Position numbers and translations under genes: made by a program. A stretch of DNA of 64,000 nucleotides from Haliotis cracherodii (Eukaryota), in assembly GCF_022045235.1 (NCBI RefSeq), contig NW_027266330.1:1736001-1800000 (forward strand), written 5' to 3'. Below, in pieces: positions 51,331 to 64,000 of the stretch. The notes below the pieces were generated by a model. The model did not search any database. It worked only from the letters and a program-made list of their open reading frames with translations, and was not told the origin of the DNA. Position 1 is the first letter of the stretch. Each line of letters opens with the position of its first letter.

Positions 51331-53115
51331 CTGCGTTTACTTGCATTTGAAGAAGGTTGAGCACACAGTGTAAAGTTACCTGAATTAGCGTGTCGACATT
51401 TGATATGCCAACGGATATGATATTCCAATGTAAACTGTGAGGGGCCCATAGTTTCCAGTTAGGAAGCTGCCTCATGCCTAGCTTACATTTTAGATTATAT
51501 CTGTGAAACCGAGAGATATATGTTGCCGTAAATTATCTTTCCTTCAAAAGACTTTACATGTTCAGGAAGTAAAACACACTCTTTTAATTTATGACGAAAT
51601 AATACTCTTATTGTCGTTTCTTAAACACAGGCGTAAACCGGACAGGTAGTTTGATTGGACAAGACTTCATGATTGGTCTGTTTAATCCACGAACACTTTC
51701 AGGCTTGACATTCACACCCACCACCAGGCGTGGAAAGCATATGTAGCTGGTATGCGCACTTTCTGTACAATCATGTTTCACATTTCATTACAGTGTTTAT
51801 ATCCACAGGAACGTATGGAACGTATGCCTTAAAATGCAATATATGAATGAGATGCAACATATGAATGTGTTCAAACCACATCATCGTAAAATACAGCTTT
51901 CGCACCAATCTTTTTTCCTCGTAAATCATTTAGAGATATCAATTGCAAATGCCTCGAAATCGTTCGCAAAGGTTTCCCAACGCTGACGAAGTATGTTATT
52001 AATTTCATTTTTTTTAAATCGGACAGGCATGTCATGATATAGTCAAATGCCATTTGACCACCGTTTCAAATAAAAATCTTGAAGTGTTAAGTTTAACGTC
52101 ATTTGAACTGGGTGATGTCAGATTTTACTCATCATTTAAGACTGATCTCACTTTACTTTTACCTTAACATTTGGGTCTACCTTACAAGATGGACTTGCCA
52201 ATGAAGAAAACATATCTATATCAGTTTAGCTCGTATTTTGTTAACTATACAAAAAACAAATATGGAACAGAAAACACAAGTTTAGAACAACAATAAGTTT
52301 ATTACAAACTGAAAGACATGCATACAAAAGGTACAATAACAAGATTAAGCAACTCTTTAAAGCAAATAAGGCGCCTTATTCGACTTTGGTATTTTTATGA
52401 AGCCTTTTCCTAGTACATGAGCATGACCACGTCTTAGATGCTCACTTGAAGTTAAAACAATCTGCCTTTTTCTCACATTGAAGCCATATCGATATATGTA
52501 TCCACGTCAGAATTATCAAATTCTCACGTGTCAGAAACAGAAAGGCTAATTGCCAGTTTGAACATGCCTGATAGTTTTCCGCACCTTTATAATTTGACAT
52601 ATAAAAGAGTACAGTGCTCCAGTAACTTTAACAAACTGCTGTTAGTTACTTGTGAGCAGCTTTCTTACACTAATTAAGGTCTCGCTGTCTTTGTTCATCA
52701 CTAAGACGACTTGAGTTTGACATCCCTAAACATCATATTAAAAAAAACATTTCGTGGTGTTTCCCGTCTTGATAAAACTGGAATACTGCAAAAAGCAGCA
52801 TAAATTTCACCCAAACAAATAGGTAACTTATCAGTGTCTCCTTTTGACAGCGGCATCAGTGGCTGATCTTATTTTGACCTCACTTGTCAAACCTTTGCTA
52901 CAAATATATCAATTTGTTGAACATCCAACAACATGTCTAAGGTGTTAATGACAGACAGTGTACCATCTTTTGGTATGACACAGCAAGGGGGTAGAACGAT
53001 CGATGTTCCGTTCTCCTGGCAGAGGCTGTCAACCAGAACATGGAAGTGTCCTACACTGATTTATGTATACATAGAAGAATACGCATGAATAACAGGGAGT
53101 GTAAGTCATCCTTTT

Positions 53116-54587
53116 TCAAAGATTTGCAAACCACTTTATCTCTGCTTTATCCGACCTTTGACCGTGATTTATCACACCTTTCAGGGTCCATTCAGTGCTA
53201 ACAACATACCCTTTGGTAGATATTAGTTTGAAATACCAACATGGATTATCATCAAGTCGGAAGTTCTCATTCCCTACTTCGTATTCTTTCAGAGCACGTA
53301 CAACCTGTGCTGTAACGTGATGCTCGGGTCCAAGGTGAATGTTGTGTGCTTTATAGATGCGAAATCCGGAGTCGTTAGAAAATCGGAAAGCTATTCTGAT
53401 TTCTGCACCATGAGCTATGGCATATCTCACTGCCAGGATGGAACCGCTCACAACTGAAGTATTCCTTAGAGTGTGCAACACAAGGTCCCACTTCTTTGTA
53501 TCCACAAACCAGGTTACTGGCTTCCTCTCTATTGTAGCTCTCTTATGAGTGACGTTCGATGCCCCCACAAAAGGACGATATGTCCTCATAGTTCCTGTAG
53601 TACTCACGACCCTGAACTCCCAGTTTAGATCCTCTCTAAAGTACTCTGCATTTCTTTTGGACAAGGATGATACCAAAAACACTGACAGGTGATCACCTGA
53701 GATTCGGATACCTTCTGCCTCCATTATTGTGTTATCAAATTTAACTTTGACGGAATGTCCACAGTCAGCAAAAAATGTTAAATGCATTAATGTGTTACTA
53801 AGAGATCCATTTCTCTCAGAGACATGCAGCGTGGTCCAACAGTCATCAACAAACCATTTCATTTTATAATGGCTACGGTTGTGGGACATCAACTTGTTAT
53901 TCCCAATATACCATCTACTTTGGTAAAATGAATCTGAAGACGTTAGAATTAGAAAATACCAGTATGCATTGTTCTTAAATATGTAATGATTTCTGTATTG
54001 ATGGTCACTAACGACCCAAATAGCCTCGCAACTGATTTCTCTTGGTTTAGGATGTTTTCTCGGTAGCACCTCGCAGTTGGCAGTATAAAATATGTTACTA
54101 ATGCAGGAAATAGCAACAGAAGACCCTTGAAGAATATTTGTAGCAAGAGCGTCTATGTTCTTGACAGAAACATTTCCTTTGTACCCACTTGCATAAACTG
54201 GTGATGGATAGCGTATTTTATCCTTTTGCAATGCAAACCACATTATTGCGGTTTTTATGGTTTTATCAGATTTAGCCTTGCCACCAACGAAATATGTTTT
54301 CATCTGTATATGCCCTGTGGAACACACCATTATGAACGACCAGGACCCGGATGGATCGAAGTCATCTTCGTTATGGACAGAGACATGTGGCATAGACTGG
54401 CAGCAAGCATCTGCATCAACCTTTCTGCACATATCGAACTCAGCTGTGTTGTGGTAAGTATTATTCAAAACAAATCTGATTCTTCGCCCATGGAGAACGC
54501 TCTGTTGTAGGTCTCTTTTCTTTCCTGAAATCACACCACCGTTTTGGTCAGTGTGTAATACTTGCACCCATTTCAGTTTACACGGAT
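53116..54587 (-). CDS. Gene D main exon: uncharacterised protein with four ~120-aa internal repeats, probably secreted
   Basis: Open frame 53116..54594 with a phase-1 acceptor at 54588. Four units share W-x-F...(S/T)TG...WF(V/A). Candidate 5' exons: 55309-55316 (MFR) and one from 55059 (MTANYRQLFWLLIITG, signal-like; donor unclear). Confidence 0.85.
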
Positions 54588-56403
54588 CTGTCAAATTAAA
54601 ACAAGAACATGAATATATACAGTTTCATCCTTACAAATACACCAAAGTGCTATAGAAGTACAAATTTCTAATTTAACTTTCTTTGGTGTCCAATCAGACA
54701 GTGGACAATACGACATCACAACTGGTGTCAACATCAGTCGATGACGATTATTGGAAATGACAGAATATGCTGACGAGATATACCAATGGGGTGGTCCAAG
54801 CATCAGGATATCAAAATGCATCAAAATGATATGCGGGGCGGTGCTCTTCAGTAAAGATACGCCTTTCAGCAAGATAGCACCCATTCCCTGTACAGCTACA
54901 TTCATGCAGAGCATCCATAGGCGTCGTAATATAGAGAATGATATATGTTTGGCATTTGAGTCAGACTGAACACGTATGGGGTGAGCCCCAAAGATGCCTA
55001 ACAAACAACGTCCTGTAATGATAAGTAACCAGAACAATTGCCGATAGTTTGCCGTCATTCTACAGATCTTGCATCTCCAGAACATACACGTCACAGCACA
55101 AGACTCCAGTTGTGAGTGGTTACCAATAGTTTGTAGGCAGGCTACTTGATTGTTACCGAAAACGTACTTGTATATGCCTCACCGAATCTGTTCTCACTGA
55201 ATATAAGATAAAAACAATAAATTTTTGTCTATTCTCCAAAATGAAACCATCGGTATTCATGTAACACAACTGATAAACTATTGTAAATAGCGTTAAAACT
55301 CGACTCACCTAAACATGGTTGATGCAGTGCAGAGTTGCCTCACTTTGACGTGGCCTCAGGTTCTAATTCCTCATTATTAACCTTACATTTATTTTTCATA
55401 ATCTACTGGCTTTCATGGTGACCACTCTGACATATATCAGAGCAACGTCAGTTTGGACTGTCATCTCACATTAATCTGATACTAAAAATCTGCTGAAAGC
55501 TGTGTTAACGCAACTCACGAACTCACCATCGATGTTATTCAGACACTCAAGTCCTAACATGGTACGCGTTATGCAGATGCTAAAGTACTAACAAGGTACG
55601 CTCTTACCCCGATTTATCTTCTTCAAATATGGTGTATGCATGTTGAAATGAGAAATTCCGTATTTAATCCTGACATGTCCGCAGCCCGTCGGTTCCAATT
55701 CTTTAAGCATACAGCTTTGACTCAGATGAGTGGAGAGTAATATGAAAGTATGCAGGTCCATCCTTGCTGTGCCACATGAACGTGTTCATATATGTCCGAC
55801 GTGGAAATGATGCCTCTGATAACGATGATTCAGAAAGAATACCACCTCAACCAGTTACAGGTGTACACGTATAAGCATAACTGAATATCCAATCACATAG
55901 AGAACGTGATACATTCAAACTGACGTGAAGGTGTAGCTCTCAGCATCAGATTTCCGACGGCGGCACATGACTTGACAGCAGAAGAAAACAATCAATCAGC
56001 CTCAAGCAGATGGAGTTGGCGTATAAACAGGGAGAGTAGTCTAGGGCCAGTCTAGTCTGGCATTCCAAACAATTGCATTCGAATCCTACAAACCCTTTGT
56101 CTGTCAACTCACATTTTTAGGTATACTAATCTAGCAATTCGAGACAATTTTAATTACACAAACACCCAAACGCTTACACAAACACATAAAAGCATACACA
56201 CACTAGAGAAATAGTACCACATGGCGGAGCTCCCATGTCAGATACGACGAAACTGTATAGTTGTTTTACACTGAGTAAAATGCTAAAATTCTTTGGAATA
56301 GATCCGTATACAGCCTTTATGGACAACTATCAAATATGATTAAATTATGAATCACACTCAATCATATGTAACATTCTCTTTTCATGTTATTCGGTCTTAC
56401 CAA

Positions 56404-56577
56404 GAGGGGCAGTAGGGTAACCTAGAAGTTAAAGTTTTTGCTTGTCACGCCGAAGACCCAGGTTCGATTTCCAACATGGGTACAATGTGTAAACCGCATT
56501 TCTGGTGTACCCCCGCCGTACATATTGCTAGAATAATAATAAAAGCGGTATTAAACCGTACTCACTCATTCACTCAC
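56404..56577 (+). mobile_element. tRNA-derived SINE (family 1) with 9-bp TSD
   Basis: A/B boxes (ggttcgatt), (ctca)n tail, TSD tcttaccaa on both sides. Confidence 0.85.
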
Positions 56578-57429
56578 TCTTACCAAAAGGATTTTGTGAT
56601 TTAGCGATTCACGTTTAGTAATTTCATGTGATTGTGTTGAAAACATATCACAAAATGTAATGAGAACCACAAAGTATCACAAGGCACATATGGCATCTGC
56701 GCCATACAGAGGAGACAGTGCCGTAACCAGTGCCATGTGTAAAATTAAGACACTATTGAGTGCAATTAGGAAAACATAATACCTAAGTGTTGGATTGTTC
56801 TGAACGAAAATAGACAGAGGACACATACAGAGGACTACCCAAGCCAAATCTCCCAGTACAGCAAACGACGGTAATAACTAACTCAAAAGGACCACTCATT
56901 TTAGTTCCTTATAACCGTAGTTCGTTAAAAGCATTAAAATCTCTCATACAGCAAATGTTCGGGACAACAAAGATAAATTTGGTATATCGGTCAGTTCGTT
57001 ATAAGCGTGTTCTTTCTTAACGTTGTTAATCGTAATTGTTTCTCCTGAAATAGAGCTATAAACAATAAAGAAGTAGTCGATAAAAAGTTGACATTCTGAA
57101 GGCTATTCCTAGAATTTCATCAATTGCCCTTTATCTTTATGTGAGACGGAATGCCATCTCCAGCAAGTGCATCCAGTCGCCTGGCGACTTTTGGCATCTT
57201 TTCAATTATTTACATCCAAGTTGAAAACAATCCTCATCCTTAATTGTCTGGTTTCTTAACAGGTTATCGTTGCATGGCAGTACAATATATACATGAATAA
57301 GATTTAATGCAAAGTTATGTTTTTTACCAAATCTGAAACAATTTTGGTTTGCAACAGATAAAAGACTCCTGTAAGTGTTAAAATTGTTTAATTTGCCATA
57401 CTGACTTTCGAAAATGCGTGATTTTTGCG

Positions 57430-57725
57430 TACGGTTTGTGAAGATATTCGTCGAAAGCCAGGGACGCTACTTGCAGTCACTGTTGCTGGCTGGAATCGAT
57501 TTCGTAGGTGTGTTGTTCGAATCCAGTTGTCTTGTCAATTATTGGTTACGCGTGGCCTGCCACTCCGAGGATGGTCTCTGACTGCATTCGTCTGTTGCCA
57601 ACGTTGCCAACGTTGCCATAAACACCAGATGGTGTTTCTGTGTCTTGCAACATCACGTTGACTGATCCTGCTTCAAGCATACCAAAGGCTCGCAGACGCT
57701 CATTTTCTAACGAGCGTGGCATTTC
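57430..57725 (-). mobile_element. Tc1-like transposase N-terminal (HTH) relic
   Basis: MPR..ENERLRAFGMLEAG / SQRDVAR pattern with a frameshift. Confidence 0.6.
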
Positions 57726-59439
57726 GTAATGTTAAATAATTGCGTAATTTTGTTGTTTTTCTGAGTGGTTGTTGTCAGCACGATGCTAAACAATCCATAT
57801 GGAATCCTGTTAACACACATGTTTTTATACCCATTCTTGGGTAGTGAAATGCATGGGGCTTGCATAAAAGTCAACTTTTGCATGGAATGCATGCTTTTCT
57901 GTAGCAGTTGCGTTTATGTGACTTGATTCCATACATGTACTACAATATTGAAACCCAAACTTTACTTGTTTGAAAAATACACTAAAATATTGGTGTCACA
58001 GGAATTTTTGTTGTTGTGTATATTACAAAGTCATATTCTCACAAATCCAACCCTGCAAGTTGTGTGTTTCATCCTTTTTAACGAGTTCGCACCTAATATT
58101 GAACTTTATGGTGTCTTTAGTTGCCCTATACGGTGACATTATAAGGTTAGGAGAAAAATCTTGCCTTGCCGAATATTTTTCTAGAATTAGTCATTGTATA
58201 GATTTTTTATAACAGCTGCTATGAAATCTCTAAAGTGTGTCAAAGCATTAGAGTTGAAGGTTTTCAGGAAGCGTTTGTTTTATAGGTTTTAATAGAAATA
58301 TGTTTTTACTTAAGCTGTTTTTGCTGCTTCTTGTCTGAAAACAGCACACAATAAGAGCACATGCTGAAAGTCTTGAACTTTCTGATATTGGAATTTCCAC
58401 CGTTCATGATTGCTCCAGCTGGATGCATCTGTACATGGTCATATGTCACCCTCAATTTGGTTATTCAATCATCTTCAGAACACTAATAAATGGAAATAGA
58501 GCAAGTAGAAACAAAGCAAATGGATACAATACTTTTACATCTTCCATAGAATAGTAATTCCTGCAAATGAAACATTTTGACAGAATATTTTGTAAATGTT
58601 ACTAAATCGTTTTGAATATTGGCAGGCGCACCTTCTGAAAAATCATGTCTTATAGATCATTCTGTTTTTTATGTTCCAGGGAATGCATGCTTCAATAGCG
58701 CAACATATGATCGAGATGCTAGAATTTGTTATATGCAAATATTTATTTCACCATAAAGTGGGCAATCATGCAGACTAACATTCCAAAATATACCACCACA
58801 TTATCGTAAGGAATACAGCTTTTGTGCCGAATGTTTCTGCTCATAAATCAATGAGTGATTTCAAATGTCTCGACAATGTTCACAGAGAATGAACACAAAA
58901 GAAAACCAGTGTCTTGAATTTATATCTCGAAATATCAAAGTTCATGTTTTTTCCATGTTGGCACTTTACACGCTTCAAACCATCCTGTCTTTAATTTATT
59001 TATATCAGACTACTCCGATCATCGCTATAAGGTAATTTGCGAAGCCATGTTATAGCTCACCTAACAGATAGTCAAGTGAGCTTCTGCCATGACCTGCTTG
59101 CCCGGCACTCGTCGTCAACGCTGAACTGAGGGAGCGAGAAATTGCCAGGAATGTTCCCCAAACGGTCGCACCTAGATTCAAGAGGCTCTGATCCCAGTCT
59201 AACGAAGAGGACATTGCATTTGTGGCTCGCCAGAGAATGTCGACTGAAGTTGCCTGTACTTTGATGGCATACCAGAAAGTTTGCCTCCTGGTAACATTAT
59301 CAGGAACCTGAAGGCATCACTTCCAGCCTAATTACTGGTATACGTTTTTCTAATTAATGAAGCACATGCCAAAGGCAGTACAGCTCTAAGAGAGAGAGAG
59401 AGTTCAATGCGTCTGAGTACATTATTGAGGAATTGCTAT

Positions 59440-59665
59440 TGTTTGTTGTTAAAAGCCGCACTCAGCAATATTCCAGTTATATGGCGGCGGTCTGTTAATA
59501 ATTGGGTCTGTACGAGATAATCGAGTGATTTACATCATGAACATCGATCAACGCAATTGGGATACGATGACATATACCAACCAAGTCAGCGAGCCTGACC
59601 ACAGGATCTCGTTAGTTGCCTCTTACGACAAGCACAGTCGTCAGCATGGGTTGCTGAAGATCTAT
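59440..59665 (-). mobile_element. SINE-like dispersed repeat (family 2)
   Basis: Matches 23845-24072. Confidence 0.75.
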
Positions 59666-60371
59666 TATTGAGGAAGATATTTGCACTTCCGGTTCAATGA
59701 CATTGACGTTCAGCCAATTTCAAGCTTGGGTATTTGTACGTCTACCATGACATTGAAAAATGCTTGATTCTGATTGGTTAAAAAGAGGTCTCCGTTTTGC
59801 AACAGAAACCTCTTTCAAACATATTAAGCCTTTTTTATACAAAAAAAACGTGCATATGAATACCTCGACACCCTACATATAGACCCATAAACAAAGGCTG
59901 TCGATCAACAATAAGAATTGTATATCCTATCAATATATTATACGATGGGTCTCAAATGCAAGAAAGGTTTGTAATACAAGCTGGATCAACAGCTTTCGTG
60001 AAATTAATAGACAACCACGTGTATGAATAGAGAAAATACGGTACGTTTGATGTTGGTTTTTTGGCTACGACTTTAAATAAAAACCGATTTCTATTTGTTT
60101 GATCACTTTACTTGAGAGAATCAGCGTGAAATAACAATAACTAATTAAGTATTGAACAGGTTGAAACACTGGCGTGTTTATAATTATATCCGGTTCCGGT
60201 TCCGGTTCCGGTTCCGATTGCTCATGTGCACTGGTACAAGGGACTATCTATTTTACAAGAGCGCCGTAGAGTACAATGTTCCCTTACTCAACCACCACCT
60301 GCACGATTTGTCAAGAGAGGATCTGAAAGGCCATCGGTAGACACTCCCCCCTTTGAAAGGCCACTCACAAA

Positions 60372-60590
60372 TGCAGTTACTTCGACTTCCCCTGTGACCT
60401 CTACCCCTCAACCTTACCCTGTCTTACCCCAAATCAGTGACTTTGACTTCCCCTGTGACCTCTACCCCTCATCCTCACTCCGTCTCACCTCTCCGGGCAG
60501 TGACTTCGTCTTCCCCTGTCACCTCTACCCCTCACCCTCACCCTCACCCTCACTCCGTCTCTCCTCTCCGGGCAGTGACTTCGTCTCTCT
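60372..60590. repeat. 63-bp minisatellite, second locus
   Basis: Same unit as 50580-51330, ~3.5 copies. Confidence 0.88.
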
Positions 60591-62370
60591 GCGTTTACTT
60601 GCATTTGAAGAAGGTTGAGCACACAGTGTAAAGTTACCTGAATCAGCGGGTCGACATTTGATATGCCAACGTACATGATATTCCAATGTAAACTGTGAGG
60701 GGCCCATAGTTTGCACTAAGGAAGCTGCCTCATGCATGGCTTACATTTTATATTATCTCTGTGAAACAGAGAAATATATGTTGCCTTAAATTATCTTTCC
60801 AACAAAAGATTTTACATGTTGAGGAATTTCAAAACACACTCTTTTGTGAGCGAAATAATAATCTTATTGTCGTTTCTTAAACACAGGCGTAAACTGGACA
60901 GGTAGTTTGATTGGACATGACTTCATGATTGGTCTGTTTAATCCACGAACGCTAACAGGCTTGACATGCATATCCACCACCAGGCATGGAAAGCATACGT
61001 AGCTGGTATGCGCACTTTCTGTACAATCATGTTTCACATTTCATTACAGTGTTTATATCCACAGGAACGTATGGAACGTATGCCTTAAAATGCAATATAT
61101 GAATGAGATGCAACATATGAATGTGTTCAAACCACATCATCGTAAAATACAGCTTTCGCACCAATCTTTATTCCTCGTAAATCATTTAGAGATATCAGTT
61201 GCAAATGCCTCGAAATCGTCCGCAAAGGTTTCCCAACGCTGATGAAGTATGTTATTAATTTCATTTTTAAAAATGGGACAGGCATGTCATGATATAGTCA
61301 AATGACATTTGACCACCGTTTCAAATAAAAATCTTGAAGTGTTAAGTTTAACGTCATTTGAACTGGGTGATGTCAGATTTTACTCGTCATTTAAGACTGA
61401 TCTCACTTTACTTTTACCTTTACATTTGGGTGTTCCTTACAAGATGGACTTGCCAATGAAGAAAACATTTCTATATCAGTTTAGCTCGTATTCTGTTAAC
61501 TATACAAAAAACAAATATGGAACAGCAAACAAATGTTTAGAACAACAATAAGTTTATTACAAACTGAAAGACATGCATACAAACGGTACAATAACAAGAT
61601 TAAGCAACTCTTTAAAGCAAATAAGGCGCCTTATTCGACTTTGGTTTTTTTATGAAGCCTTTTCTCTAGTATATGACCATGACCACGTCTAGATGCTCAC
61701 CTGAAGTTAAAACAATCTGCCATTTTCTCACATTGAAGCCATATCGATATATTTATCCACGTCAGAATTATCAAATTCTCACGTGTCAGAAACAGAAAGG
61801 CTAATTGCCAGTCATTTGCCTGATAGTTTTCTGCACCTTTATAATTTGACATATAAAAGAGTACAGCGTTCCAGTATCGTTAACAAACTGCTGTTTTAGT
61901 TACTTGTGAGCAATTTTCTTACACTAATTAAGGTCTCGCTGTCTTTGTTCATCACACAGGCGACTTGAGTTTGACATCCCTAAACATCATATTATAAAGA
62001 ACCCTTTCGTGCTGTTTCCCGTCTTGATAATACTGGAATACTGCAAAAAGCAGCATTAATCTCACCCAAACAAATAGGTAACTTATCAGTGTCTCCTTTT
62101 GACGGTGGCATCAGTGGCTGATCTTATTTTGACCGCACTTGTCAAACCTTTGCTACAAATATATCAATTTGTTGATACATCCATAACATGTCTAAGGTGT
62201 TAATGACAGATAGTGTACCATCTTTTGGTATGACACAGCAAGGGGATAGAACGATCGATGTTCCGTTCTCCTGGCAGAGGCTGTCAACCAGAACATGGAA
62301 GTGTCCTACACTGATTTATGTATACATAGAAGAATACGCATGAATAACAGGGAGTGTAAGTCATCCTTTT

Positions 62371-63839
62371 TTAAAGGTTTGCAAACCACTTTATCTCTGC
62401 TTTATCCGACCTTTGACCGTGATTTATCACACCTTTCAGGGTCCATTCAGTGCTAACAACATACCCTTTGGTAGATATTAGTTTGAAGTACCAACATGGA
62501 TTATCATCAAGTCGGAAGTTCTCATTCCCTACTTCGTATTCTTTCAGAGCACGTACAACCTGTGCTGTAACGTGATGCTCGGGTCCAAGGTGAATGTTGT
62601 GTGCTTTATAGATGCGAAATCCGGAGTCGTTAGAAAATCGGAAAGCTATTCTGATTTCTGCACCATGAGCTATGGCATATCTCACTGCCAGGATGGAACC
62701 GCTCACAACTGAAGTATTCCTTAGAGTGTGCAACACAAGGTCCCACTTCTTTGTATCCACAAACCAGGTTACTGGCTTCCTCTCTATTGTAGCTCTCTTA
62801 TGAGTGACGTTCGATGCCCCCACAAAAGGACGATATGTCCTCATAGTGCCTGTAGTACTCACGACCCTGAACTCCCAGTTTAGATCCTCTCTAAAGTACT
62901 CTGCATTTCTTTTGGACAAGGATGATATCAAAAACACTGACAGGTGATCACCTGAGATTCGGATACCTTCTGCCTCCATTATTGTGTTTTCAAATTTAAC
63001 TTTGACGGAATGTCCACAGTCAGCAAAAAAATTTAAATGCATTAATGTGTTACTAAGAGATCCATTTCTCTCGGAAACATGCAGCCTGGTCCAACAGTCA
63101 TCAACAAACCATTTCATTTTATAATGGCTACGGTTGTGGGACATCAACTTGTTATTCCCAATATACCATCTACTTTGGTAAAATGAATCTAAAGACGTTA
63201 GAATTAGAAAATACCAGTATGCATTGTTCATAAATATGTAATGATTACCGTATAGATGTTGACCAACGACCCAAATAGCCTCACAACTGATTTCTCTTGG
63301 TTTAGGATGTTTTCTCGGTAGCACCTCGCAGTTGGCAGTATAAAATATGTTACTAATGCAGGAAATAGCAACAGAAGACCCTTGAAGAATATTTGTAGCA
63401 AGCGCCTCTGTACCTCTGTACCTCTGTCCTCTGTACCCACTTGCATAAACTGGTGATGGATATTGTATTTTATCTTTTTGCAATGCAAACCACATTATTG
63501 CGGTTTTTATGGTTTTATCAGATTTAGCCTTGCCACCAACGAAATAGGTTTTCATCTGTATATGCCCTGTGGAACACACCATTATGAACGACCAGGACCC
63601 GGATGGATCGAAGTCATCTTCGTTATGGACAGAGACATGTGGCATAGACTGACAGCAAGCATCTGCATCGACCTTTCTGCACGTATCGAACTCAGCTGTA
63701 TTGTGGTAAGTATTATTCAAAACAAATCTAATTCTTCGCCCATGGAGAACGCTCTGTTGTAGGTCTCTTTTCCTTCCTGAAATCACACCACCGTTTTGGT
63801 CAGTGTGTAATACTTGCACCCATTTCAGTTTACACGAAT
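62371..63839 (-). CDS. Gene E main exon: tandem paralogue of gene D (5' exons beyond the window)
   Basis: Open frame 62371..63882, homologous acceptor at 63840, protein nearly identical to gene D. Confidence 0.85.
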
Positions 63840-64000
63840 CTGTCAAATTAAACAATAACATGAATATATACAGTTTCATCAAATAAAACCTTATAAATAC
63901 ATCAAAGTGCTATAGAAGTACAAATTTCTAATTTAACTTTCTGTGGTGTCCAATCAGACAGTGGACAATGCGACATCACAACTGGTGTCAACATCAGTCG

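Larger units (their letters stand above)
60372..64000. repeat. Segmental duplicate of ~51110-54740 (offset ~9.26 kb; continues off the window)
   Basis: Colinear high-identity match over non-coding and coding sequence, e.g. 53116 vs 62371 and 54740 vs 64000. Confidence 0.95.

Noticed and set aside
56404-56480. tRNA-like A/B-box sequences as tRNA genes
   Set aside because: They continue into a shared SINE body with (TCAC)n tail and TSDs.

Overview
Eukaryotic, intron-rich, repeat-dense animal DNA; not prokaryotic, and no CRISPR or rRNA. The gene families and SINEs suggest a mollusc, possibly abalone-like (inference). Hand splicing with GT-AG sites and intron phases gives a cluster of modular receptor/scaffold genes. 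Gene B (minus, 11532-2266, 7 exons, 434 aa) is signal peptide + 2 MEGF10/SCARF-type EGF-like repeats + TM + basic juxtamembrane segment + 6 ankyrin repeats: a miniature Notch-like architecture without LNR/RAM. Genes A (minus, 20126-~16319) and C (plus, 41359-45841) are inverted paralogous EGF-rich type I receptors with Tyr-motif tails and a shared 243-bp identical tract. Between them lie two long 24-ankyrin genes (24259-27284; 30910-33321); the first carries a 60-bp PxxPxR repeat array and is preceded by apparent EGF/TM relics. A ~9.26-kb tandem duplication carries two copies (D, E) of an uncharacterised four-repeat, probably secreted protein. The rest is minisatellites, SINEs, Tc1/mariner and LINE relics, and two assembly gaps. 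All gene models are manual predictions with no transcript support.
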